Positions 29,350 to 36,149 of a stretch of DNA of 41,615 nt are shown in pieces (positions within the stretch are counted from its first letter, which is position 1; each line of letters starts with the position of its first letter). The notes beneath the pieces were generated by a model. That model was not told the DNA's origin. It did not search any database and saw only the letters and a program-made list of their open reading frames with translations. A program made the position numbers and the translations under genes. Origin of the DNA: a virus (lineage: Duplodnaviria > Caudoviricetes); the IMG/VR virus record IMGVR_UViG_3300016665_000131, positions 1 to 41,615 of that record; one strand, written 5' to 3'.

Positions 29350-29377
29350 TTGACAATGTTGTCGTATGCGCTAACAT
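29350..29377 (+). promoter_or_regulatory. Sigma70-type promoter of the island operon
   Basis: TTGACA-16 bp-TAACAT, about 30 bp upstream of ATG 29408. Confidence 0.65.
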
Positions 29378-29407
29378 AAAGTCATCTTCAACTAACGGGG
29401 CCACTGT

Positions 29408-29515
29408 ATGAATTCATTCTCAATCGTTTGCCTGGCAGCTCTACATATCGTTGTCATAGGGTTTGCTATTTGCGTTATCGCCACCGACATCGTCGAACGC
29501 ATTAAGGGGAAATGA
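29408..29515 (+). CDS. Small membrane peptide (35 aa)
   Basis: Manual translation MNSFSIVCLAALHIVVIGFAICVIATDIVERIKGK; GGGG RBS. Confidence 0.55.
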   Translation: MNSFSIVCLAALHIVVIGFAICVIATDIVERIKGK

Positions 29516-29516
29516 A

Positions 29517-29741
29517 ATGTACGATTCAACTAAGGGCATACACACAGACGGACTCGATTGGTTCACAACTGATCAATTAGATCTAAGCGAACCCGTGACA
29601 ATCTATTATGAGGTGGCAACTAAAAAGCTATTTCATGTGTTTTTAGGAAATGTTGATCTCTACTGGGTTCTGAACGAATCTAGCTTTACATTGTCAAAAA
29701 AGCTCATTCAAGCCCATGTCGGAAATGAGGTGGCACTATGA
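29517..29741 (+). CDS. Hypothetical early protein (74 aa)
   Basis: AAGGGG RBS before ATG 29517. Confidence 0.7.
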   Translation: MYDSTKGIHTDGLDWFTTDQLDLSEPVTIYYEVATKKLFHVFLGNVDLYWVLNESSFTLSKKLIQAHVGNEVAL

Positions 29742-29818
29742 GAGACAAGCTAATCGATATCGTCACGGCCATTGTCATTGGCCTGATGCTTGCGTTTTTT
29801 CTTTTCATTCGGGGATAA
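29738..29818 (+). CDS. Small membrane peptide (26 aa)
   Basis: MRDKLIDIVTAIVIGLMLAFFLFIRG; GAGGTG RBS and ATGA coupling. Confidence 0.6.
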   Translation: MRDKLIDIVTAIVIGLMLAFFLFIRG

Positions 29819-29861
29819 GTGTCCGACCTATAGCCCTTGCTGAGGGCTATGGGGCGGGTAT
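29819..29861 (+). promoter_or_regulatory. Long intercistronic RNA hairpin (RNase III-site-like)
   Basis: GTGTCCGACCTATAGCCCT-TGCTG-AGGGCTATGGGGCGGGTAT, a 19-position stem with G-U pairs and one A.G mismatch. Confidence 0.6.
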
Positions 29862-29887
29862 TTTCCCGTCTTGAATGAGAGATAAAT

Positions 29888-30568
29888 ATGAAAATCATCC
29901 CTATTGCAAAGGCCACTGCCCGTGCCGTGTGCGGTACGTTAACGCAAACAAGCAAAATGCCATGTAAATCCATGTCGCTGCCCACAGAGTCATGCATTAC
30001 TGGATTCAAAATGGCACAGATTGAGGGTTCTATCTGTTCGTCATGCTATGCGGATAAGGGTTTTTATTCCATGTACGCAAACACAATTAAGCCCTCACAA
30101 TTTGCCCGGCTTGATAGTGTGTGGCAAGCTATGAGCGACTCGGATTTTGCTCATACGTGGGTTATTGGCATGGTTTCCCTTATCGGGACCGATAGCTATT
30201 TTCGCTGGCACGATTCAGGCGACTTGCAAGGCCTTGCCCATCTCGAGCTAATCGCATCAGTATGCGAGCAAACCCCGGATTGTGACCATTGGCTCCCGAC
30301 TCGAGAGTATGGCATTGTCAAAGAGTACATTGCAAAACATGGCGCATTGCCCCGTAATCTGATGGTCCGACTCTCTGCAATGTATCCCGATCAACCCGTC
30401 AAAATCCCTGCTAGCTTGCAAGGCATTGCCAATATTACGGCAAGTAACGTGCATTCCAAGGGCAAACAAGCTCACGGCGAGCGTTGCAATGCCCCGGATA
30501 ACAATGGGGAATGCGGCAATTGCCGTGTTTGCTGGACCGATAGCGTTGTCTCTTATGAGTTGCATTAA
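29888..30568 (+). CDS. Gp88-family protein (radical-SAM-like Cys cluster)
   Basis: SKMP, C-x13-CxxCYA, YFRWHDSGD, HWLPTRE, NLMVRLS and CGNCRVCW motifs. Confidence 0.85.
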   Translation: MKIIPIAKATARAVCGTLTQTSKMPCKSMSLPTESCITGFKMAQIEGSICSSCYADKGFYSMYANTIKPSQFARLDSVWQAMSDSDFAHTWVIGMVSLIGTDSYFRWHDSGDLQGLAHLELIASVCEQTPDCDHWLPTREYGIVKEYIAKHGALPRNLMVRLSAMYPDQPVKIPASLQGIANITASNVHSKGKQAHGERCNAPDNNGECGNCRVCWTDSVVSYELH

Positions 30569-30577
30569 GGGGATAGC

Positions 30578-30874
30578 ATGAGCAAATCTTTTTTTGATCT
30601 TCCCGATACATTGCGTTTCCAAGTTTACGGGGCTATCAAGGCATTAGATTGTGAAACCGGGAAAAGTGGCGGTTCTGGTCAATTGTGTGTTGCTGTCGCA
30701 AGAGGAAAATTCGGGGAATTGGTCCATGCAATGGAAAAATTCGGTCTGAAATTATCCGACAGCTACCATTTCCCCCTTGGGAGCGATAAGCCACCCGCCC
30801 ACTTGCGTCACGATTCCCTGAAATATGGCGTCCCCAATTGCAATTGGTTCTACGCTATATTTCAAGCTAACTAA
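30578..30874 (+). CDS. Hypothetical early protein
   Basis: AAGGGG RBS; ends at the terminator. Confidence 0.7.
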   Translation: MSKSFFDLPDTLRFQVYGAIKALDCETGKSGGSGQLCVAVARGKFGELVHAMEKFGLKLSDSYHFPLGSDKPPAHLRHDSLKYGVPNCNWFYAIFQAN

Positions 30875-30917
30875 AGCCCTCCGGGGCTTTTTTCTAAAGC
30901 CCTCCGGGGCTTTTTTT
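30871..30917 (+). terminator. Tandemly duplicated Rho-independent terminator
   Basis: CTAAAGCCCTCCGGGGCTTTTTT repeated twice head-to-tail. Confidence 0.9.
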
Positions 30918-31021
30918 GTATCCCTTGCACCTAGTGCCGGGGCTTAACTATTTGCGCCTATAGGGTGCAATGAATCGACGCGCCCGGCTTATCCGGGTAT
31001 GCGGTAGCTTTGCCCGTGCGA

Positions 31022-31077
31022 TATGGGGGCGATATGGTGCGCCTTATGGGGGCGATTATGGGGGCCGATATGGGGGC
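31022..31077 (+). repeat. Four TATGGGGGC direct repeats
   Basis: G5 tracts at 31025, 31048, 31060 and 31072. Confidence 0.9.
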
Positions 31078-31393
31078 TTTGCCTTGCCTATCTTGGCGGG
31101 TTCTATTGTGTGCGTCTGATGGTATCAATCCATCAACCCGTGGGCTATGGCGTGGGCGCAATAGGTGGCATTGCAATGCCTGAAAACCCATATAAATCAA
31201 GGGTTTGCGCCTGTTTTCTGATGCCGATTCGAGATCACAAAACGAAACCGATAGGCGTGTTGTGTACTACTTTCCCCCTACAAAGTAGTACTTCGGTACT
31301 CATGTGCTTAAAAAAGTGGCAGTTGCATTTTTACGCACGACCCCTCCCCCCCCATTTTTTTTTGAGGCCCTATTAAATTTTGACACCCCCACA

Positions 31394-31903
31394 TTAAATT
31401 TTGTGTGAGCAGAATTTAGTTGAATTATTGTGTGTGTGCAAAATTAAAGCAGCTTTGCAATATGCCATATGCGCCTCTTTTTTTGTATCGTATGTACCTA
31501 AATAAATTGTTTTGCAGTTGTTTGTTATCTGTGCTTTCCATCTATTGTTTACTGCTGGAACTACACCTTTATAACCACTTATTGCATTTACTTTGTTTCT
31601 GTTTTCAGAATTTTGTTTAGCAGTAACTTCTCGCAAATTTAATAGCTTATTATTTAATGGATCGCCATCAATGTGGTCAATCATTTGGTCAGGCCATCTT
31701 CCATACAAATACATCCAAATCAACTGATGTACCTTAAATTTTCTATCTTTTCCTTCGTGATGCAAATTAACAACCAGATAACCATTGTGTTTCCAGCCAA
31801 CAGGTCGGTTGTACAACTTTGAAATTAGCTGTCCAGCATCAGGGTTATAGTCGTAAAGACTATGCAACCTAGATTGATTAACGATAGAATAAGTGTTAGC
31901 CAT
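31394..31903 (-). CDS. HNH-AP2 homing endonuclease
   Basis: VHQLIW...IDHIDGDPLNNKLLNLREVT (HNH) plus SGYKGV...WKAQI...YLGTYDTKKEAHMAY (AP2); AT-rich. Confidence 0.9.
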   Translation of the reverse strand: MANTYSIVNQSRLHSLYDYNPDAGQLISKLYNRPVGWKHNGYLVVNLHHEGKDRKFKVHQLIWMYLYGRWPDQMIDHIDGDPLNNKLLNLREVTAKQNSENRNKVNAISGYKGVVPAVNNRWKAQITNNCKTIYLGTYDTKKEAHMAYCKAALILHTHNNSTKFCSHKI

Positions 31904-31969
31904 ATCAACTCCTTCTCAGTTGGTTGGTTAGAAACCCCCTTTGTGTCCAGCATTGGGGGTTTCGCTATT

Positions 31970-32338
31970 TTAAGGTGCTCGTAGTAGGTAGCGCGTAGAG
32001 TTAATCAAATCCTGAATATCATCAATTGCATTCTGGATTTCACTGTCTTGCGGAAGGGTGTTCCTGGCTTCCATAACGTAGTCAGACAGCATGGCAAGCT
32101 CTTCTCTGGGGTCTTCCAAAGGTGGGTAGTAGTTAGGTTGAATAGGGAGCTGGCATTGGTATTTGCCCATAATGCTCTCAACCACCTTATCTACTTTGCC
32201 CTGTAGACCGTCATAGAAGGCTCCTAGGGCTCGATGAGCAGGGTCCGAGGTATCAATGATGCGCCAGTGCAGAATATGCGTGTTGGTGACCGCATGAAGC
32301 ATCATTTGCGCAAATTCACCCAATGCTTGTTCGTCCAT
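31970..32338 (-). CDS. Ferritin/Dps-like protein (DUF5856-type)
   Basis: HILHW...HRALGAFYD...DKVVE...EIQNAIDDIQDLINSTRYLL four-helix pattern; start at MDEQ. Confidence 0.75.
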   Translation of the reverse strand: MDEQALGEFAQMMLHAVTNTHILHWRIIDTSDPAHRALGAFYDGLQGKVDKVVESIMGKYQCQLPIQPNYYPPLEDPREELAMLSDYVMEARNTLPQDSEIQNAIDDIQDLINSTRYLLRAP

Positions 32339-32705
32339 GTGAGACTCCAAGGTAATCAAGAACATCCCTGGCGGCTTTTACCTTCCAAGGCTTTAGGCAT
32401 ATATTGTCGGCTATTTTCACCCATTCCTCAATCTGCCTGGTGTATGCCGCATCCCAGACCCTTTTCTTTTCTGCTTTCGGCGCATTCCCCTGATCTAACC
32501 AAGTGTGGCAATGTAGGCAACCCCAGACCGTCTTGGCGTCTGATGCCTTCATCCCCCTCCCCTTCCCGTCCAAAAGTAAATTCGAATGACAAGCTACGGT
32601 TGTCTCCCCCATCATCATCTGACATCGCTCCACTGCCATCAATAAGCAGCGTTCCCCCTGCGCCAGCTTGAGTAGGTTCAAATCCCTGTAGTTCTTTAAG
32701 AGCAT
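32316..32705 (-). CDS. DUF1364/YbcO-like Zn-binding putative nuclease
   Basis: LLKLAQGERC, TTVACHSN, GKGRGMKASD and GCLHCHTWLD motifs. Confidence 0.8.
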   Translation of the reverse strand: MLLKNYRDLNLLKLAQGERCLLMAVERCQMMMGETTVACHSNLLLDGKGRGMKASDAKTVWGCLHCHTWLDQGNAPKAEKKRVWDAAYTRQIEEWVKIADNICLKPWKVKAARDVLDYLGVSHGRTSIG

Positions 32706-32807
32706 ACTTATATCCCGCCACCCATTGCTTATTATGACTTTTGCAGTATCCAGATGGATGCTTGGTTATACATCCACAGGCCTTGTACTTACAGAATTTA
32801 CCTGTTC

Positions 32808-33131
32808 TCATAAATTCTTCATCTCAACTCTTTTAGTGAACTCCTCTGTTTTAAATATCTCTACTTTTAGTTTGGCAGCATCAATCAGATATTTGAGGCG
32901 TTCTTCGTTTTCTGTCGCAATCTTTAATGCATCAACTTGCTGGACATAATCAGGATGAGCATAAGCCACTGCTTCTTTTGCTCCCTGTGTTCCTTCATCT
33001 TGTTTTAAAAATATGCGAGACTTGACCACACGCAAGAAGTTTTCAATGTGAACCCTGTCTGCTTTGGCTTTTGCATATTGAGGAGCATACTTCTCAATAT
33101 CACCAACTGCGTTATACGGATTGATGGGCAT
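32808..33131 (-). CDS. Conserved helical phage protein (UvsY-like topology)
   Basis: YAKAKADR...KEAVAYAHPDY coiled coil. Confidence 0.6.
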   Translation of the reverse strand: MPINPYNAVGDIEKYAPQYAKAKADRVHIENFLRVVKSRIFLKQDEGTQGAKEAVAYAHPDYVQQVDALKIATENEERLKYLIDAAKLKVEIFKTEEFTKRVEMKNL

Positions 33132-33133
33132 AT

Positions 33134-33442
33134 TTACTCCTGTTTAACAAAGATTCCGTCTTTGGTTAAGTATCCCTTGCGATCCTTAATCACTTGATAT
33201 GCCTTTCCTAAGCATTCAACTAGATCAACATCCATCAAAGCAGAACCAATAATCAGCGTTACGAGAATATCTCCATATGCATCAATAGCTTCTTCTTTAT
33301 CACCCCTATTCAATGCCTTAAGAAGTTCTGCAACCTCTTCAGTGGTTTTAATGGCTTGGGCCAACGGAGTGCTATTAGGAATGATCTGCCTGGCTTCTGC
33401 CCAGCGTAGAACATCCAATTCAACAATACGATACGTTTCCAT
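33134..33442 (-). CDS. MazG-like nucleotide pyrophosphohydrolase
   Basis: QAIKTTEEVAEL...DAYGDILVTLI...AYQVIKDRKG. Confidence 0.9.
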   Translation of the reverse strand: METYRIVELDVLRWAEARQIIPNSTPLAQAIKTTEEVAELLKALNRGDKEEAIDAYGDILVTLIIGSALMDVDLVECLGKAYQVIKDRKGYLTKDGIFVKQE

Positions 33443-33627
33443 TACTTCAACTCCTCCATTGCTCGTTTGAGATATATAGCCTGGTCAATACATTCTTCGT
33501 AGGCGTGTTGCAGCCATTCTTTTAGAGTTAATGGGTTTTGTTGTACAGAGATTCCGTACTTGTTCATTCCCATCTGTTGTCTCTTGTCTATGTCTTCACA
33601 AACCATCTGTTCTATTCCTGATGCCAT
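33442..33627 (-). CDS. Small all-alpha NTP-pyrophosphohydrolase-like protein
   Basis: GMNKYG...WLQHAYEECIDQAIYL motif; TAATG coupling at both ends. Confidence 0.65.
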   Translation of the reverse strand: MASGIEQMVCEDIDKRQQMGMNKYGISVQQNPLTLKEWLQHAYEECIDQAIYLKRAMEELK

Positions 33628-33788
33628 TATTGTCTCCAAGTGCTTTGTGCTTTTTGATTTTTTACATAAAAAGTAATCAAAAAATCAAATACTTGAACAT
33701 ATGTCATAAATACACCTGTCTCTTCGTATATCTTTGATCTGATGCGGTCTATGTCTTCAGAAACCATGACGGTTAATCTTTTTTTCAT
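33627..33788 (-). CDS. Small ribbon-helix-helix-like protein (53 aa)
   Basis: Manual translation MKKRLTVMVSEDIDRIRSKIYEETGVFMTYVQVFDFLITFYVKNQKAQSTWRQ; coupled at both ends. Confidence 0.6.
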   Translation of the reverse strand: MKKRLTVMVSEDIDRIRSKIYEETGVFMTYVQVFDFLITFYVKNQKAQSTWRQ

Positions 33789-34450
33789 GTGTTTTTCTCC
33801 TTGAGTTGATAGTCTTTAAAAACAATTCCCTTGCTCGCATCACCCTTCCAACATTCTTTAACCCACCCACGCTTGCCTGACTTGTAGGTGCGCCAATGAC
33901 CTCTGACTTGGTGTCTTCGTGGGCTTGCGTGTGTGCCGCCTTGTGGATCGTTCTTTTCCTTTGGTGGCTCAATCTCAACTGTGTGCCAGTCAAACGTCAA
34001 GGCTGACTTGCCTTTGGCTTTGCGCTTGGCATTGATGAATGTGCGCTGTGGCGTTGGTTTATATGCCTGTTCTTTGCCAGCCAGTTTAAGCAGCACCGCA
34101 TAAACCATGCGTAAAACGGGCAGGATTTCGTCTTGCGTGACCTTCCTGCCGTGGTTGTAATACTGCATCCCTTCGTCTGTCAGGATGTAGGCAAACGGCT
34201 CAAAATACTTTGTTGGTGCAATGGTGCATCCAGCCACCGTGACGCTGTTTTCTCCTGCGGTTAGCCAAAGACTGAACTTCCTGTTTTTGCTGTCTACCCC
34301 TGCAATTCCTGTTCGTTTGAATGGCAGATTCATCACCACATCTGCGGGTATGCGCTTGTCAAAGATAGGCTCCATCATGCCAACATCAAACCACAAAGCA
34401 GTTTCAGGCTCTGGAGCAAGTCTGACCGCTTCGCAAATCAAGGGTGTCAT
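33785..34450 (-). CDS. Conserved phage protein with a basic HASPRRHQVRGHWR C-terminus
   Basis: 221 aa; recurrent phage motif; function unknown. Confidence 0.75.
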   Translation of the reverse strand: MTPLICEAVRLAPEPETALWFDVGMMEPIFDKRIPADVVMNLPFKRTGIAGVDSKNRKFSLWLTAGENSVTVAGCTIAPTKYFEPFAYILTDEGMQYYNHGRKVTQDEILPVLRMVYAVLLKLAGKEQAYKPTPQRTFINAKRKAKGKSALTFDWHTVEIEPPKEKNDPQGGTHASPRRHQVRGHWRTYKSGKRGWVKECWKGDASKGIVFKDYQLKEKNT

Positions 34451-34650
34451 GTGTTCTTCCTCTTTAACGTGGCTTCTATGGCTCTGGCAAAGTCATCAAA
34501 CCCACCGCCCTCTTGCGTGTCATCAAAGGCAATGTCGATGTCTTGTTGTGTCAGCCCCTGCCATGTGCGCTTTGGCTGCTTGGTTACATTTTCCCTTTCG
34601 CAACCGGATTTTTTACAGAATCCACCGCAACTAGAACACTGTCTATCCAT
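34447..34650 (-). CDS. Modular hypothetical protein
   Basis: CxxCGGFC start; WQGLT...FARAIEATLKRKNT end. Confidence 0.65.
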   Translation of the reverse strand: MDRQCSSCGGFCKKSGCERENVTKQPKRTWQGLTQQDIDIAFDDTQEGGGFDDFARAIEATLKRKNT

Positions 34651-34653
34651 CTC

Positions 34654-34959
34654 TCACTCCTTAATGCCGTGTGCGGCTTTGAAGTTCTCAATGTCGGACT
34701 GCGTCTTGAAAACCAATTGCAAGCTGTGATACCCAATTGGCTTAACCTCAATTACGCCTTTTAAGTGCTTCACGTTTTCAAGAGTTCTTTTCTTTGATTC
34801 TTCCCACGCCTCTTGTGCGGCCAAGTATGCGGGATGGTCGCGCAAATACTTGATACGGTGTGGCTCTTTGTAAAACCAGTATGCAAATGAGCTTTCATCT
34901 TCTCGCTGGTCGCAAATACAGTTGATGGCTTTCAGTGCAAAACAAGTGCATTGCTTCAT
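34654..34959 (-). CDS. Hypothetical protein
   Basis: GGAG RBS; ends in AAHGIKE. Confidence 0.65.
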   Translation of the reverse strand: MKQCTCFALKAINCICDQREDESSFAYWFYKEPHRIKYLRDHPAYLAAQEAWEESKKRTLENVKHLKGVIEVKPIGYHSLQLVFKTQSDIENFKAAHGIKE

Positions 34960-35051
34960 TTCAAATACTCCCCATCACGATCTGTCCAATCAGGGCCGTG
35001 GCAATCAGAATTTTCAGGCCATATCCCGTGTGCGGCTTCAATGTATTTCAT
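34956..35051 (-). CDS. Tiny ORF or gene remnant (31 aa)
   Basis: MKYIEAAHGIWPENSDCHGPDWTDRDGEYLK; ATGA coupling on both sides. Confidence 0.4.
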   Translation of the reverse strand: MKYIEAAHGIWPENSDCHGPDWTDRDGEYLK

Positions 35052-35500
35052 GTAATTTCCCATCTAAATTTTGCTTGTCCAATTACTGTTTGCCATTCTC
35101 GCCCCGGCCTTGAAGTCCATCCTTTACCTTTAGAAAATCCTGGTGATTGACCCACAATTTTCCAGCCTGCACCACGCAAACTTGAGCCAGATTCAGATTG
35201 CAATGTGTACGTCACCATTCTTTCTCCCCCCATTGCGGCCCAAATCTTCCAACTGCGAGAATAAAGAAACGAACAACAACCTTTTGGGGCATCATTAACA
35301 ACACAACAACGGGTAACTTCAGCGGTTACGCCGTCATCTAAATGGCGAGAAACAGGTCTTCCAACAATAGCCACGCCGACCAAACGATCGCCATCACTTG
35401 CGCCAATCGCAAACTTTGCGCCTTGAACAGGCTTGTTATGCCGATGAAAATTTGCAACAAATTCATTTGCTTCAGCAATTGACATTGGAACAGTTTTCAA
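35048..35500 (-). CDS. XF1762-type / Mom-like GNAT protein (putative DNA modification)
   Basis: EANEFVANFHRH, VGVAIVGRPVSR, EVTR, SFLY and VTYTLQSESGSSLRGAGW motifs; TTG start coupled to the upstream stop. Confidence 0.7.
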   Translation of the reverse strand: MKTVPMSIAEANEFVANFHRHNKPVQGAKFAIGASDGDRLVGVAIVGRPVSRHLDDGVTAEVTRCCVVNDAPKGCCSFLYSRSWKIWAAMGGERMVTYTLQSESGSSLRGAGWKIVGQSPGFSKGKGWTSRPGREWQTVIGQAKFRWEIT

Positions 35501-35871
35501 GAATTTTTTTCTTTCAATAAACGCTCTACAGTCGCACCATAAAACACCCAATCTGAACTCATGCAACCACACTCAACAGCTATGTCAGTGTGTTCTTGTT
35601 CTGTCAGCCCCACCCACGGCTTGCGCTGTGGTGGGGTGGTGTAGAGAGGCTCACATCGCTGGTCTTTCGGGTCATCAATGTAGGTGGCGTAATTCCACAC
35701 CCAATGCCCATCTTCAACAGGCATCCGATACCGCCACGCCACAGGCTCTTGCTCTGGCTGTGCCAAGGCTTCTCGGATGGCGGTGATGACTTTATTGGCT
35801 TTGATCCCGATGTCTGCGTGTGCTTCCAACGCATCCAGCGCCAGCTTCAATGCTTCTCGTTCTTTGGTCAT
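35497..35871 (-). CDS. Modular hypothetical protein
   Basis: REALKLALDALE, ALAQPEQEPVAW, PLYTTPPQRKPWVGLT and LKEKNS modules. Confidence 0.75.
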   Translation of the reverse strand: MTKEREALKLALDALEAHADIGIKANKVITAIREALAQPEQEPVAWRYRMPVEDGHWVWNYATYIDDPKDQRCEPLYTTPPQRKPWVGLTEQEHTDIAVECGCMSSDWVFYGATVERLLKEKNS

Positions 35872-36149
35872 GTGTTCACCCCGCAAACTTTTTCCATATA
35901 CGCAACATAGAGTTGGTCAGAGGTGGCGAACTCTCGTGGGTCGCCATCCAAAAAATACGACCGTTTCTCTTTCTTCCACCCACCATAAATATCGCCATAG
36001 TGCTTGCGTTTGGTGACGACTTCTATCTGAAATCCAAACTCTTCATTGCGGTACATACGTTGAGCCCCCCAATCAAATGACAGGCCAGTCGTGTAAACAA
36101 ATGGCAATTGACAGAATTCCTCGTAGGTAAGCTCTGGTTTGTTTTTCAT
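35868..36149 (-). CDS. Hypothetical protein
   Basis: Start MKNKPE after an AGGAG RBS; ATGA coupling. Confidence 0.7.
   Translation of the reverse strand: MKNKPELTYEEFCQLPFVYTTGLSFDWGAQRMYRNEEFGFQIEVVTKRKHYGDIYGGWKKEKRSYFLDGDPREFATSDQLYVAYMEKVCGVNT

Noticed and set aside
30958-31376. ORFs 30958-31200 (-) and 31023-31376 (+)
   Set aside because: They lie beyond the double terminator and translate the TATGGGGGC repeats; probably non-coding
32428-32811. 127-aa ORF with a Cys-rich N-terminus overlapping the DUF1364 gene
   Set aside because: The 5' part (ATGA-coupled, CxxxxC..HxxxxC) may be real, but most of it overlaps a better-supported gene, so it is left uncalled
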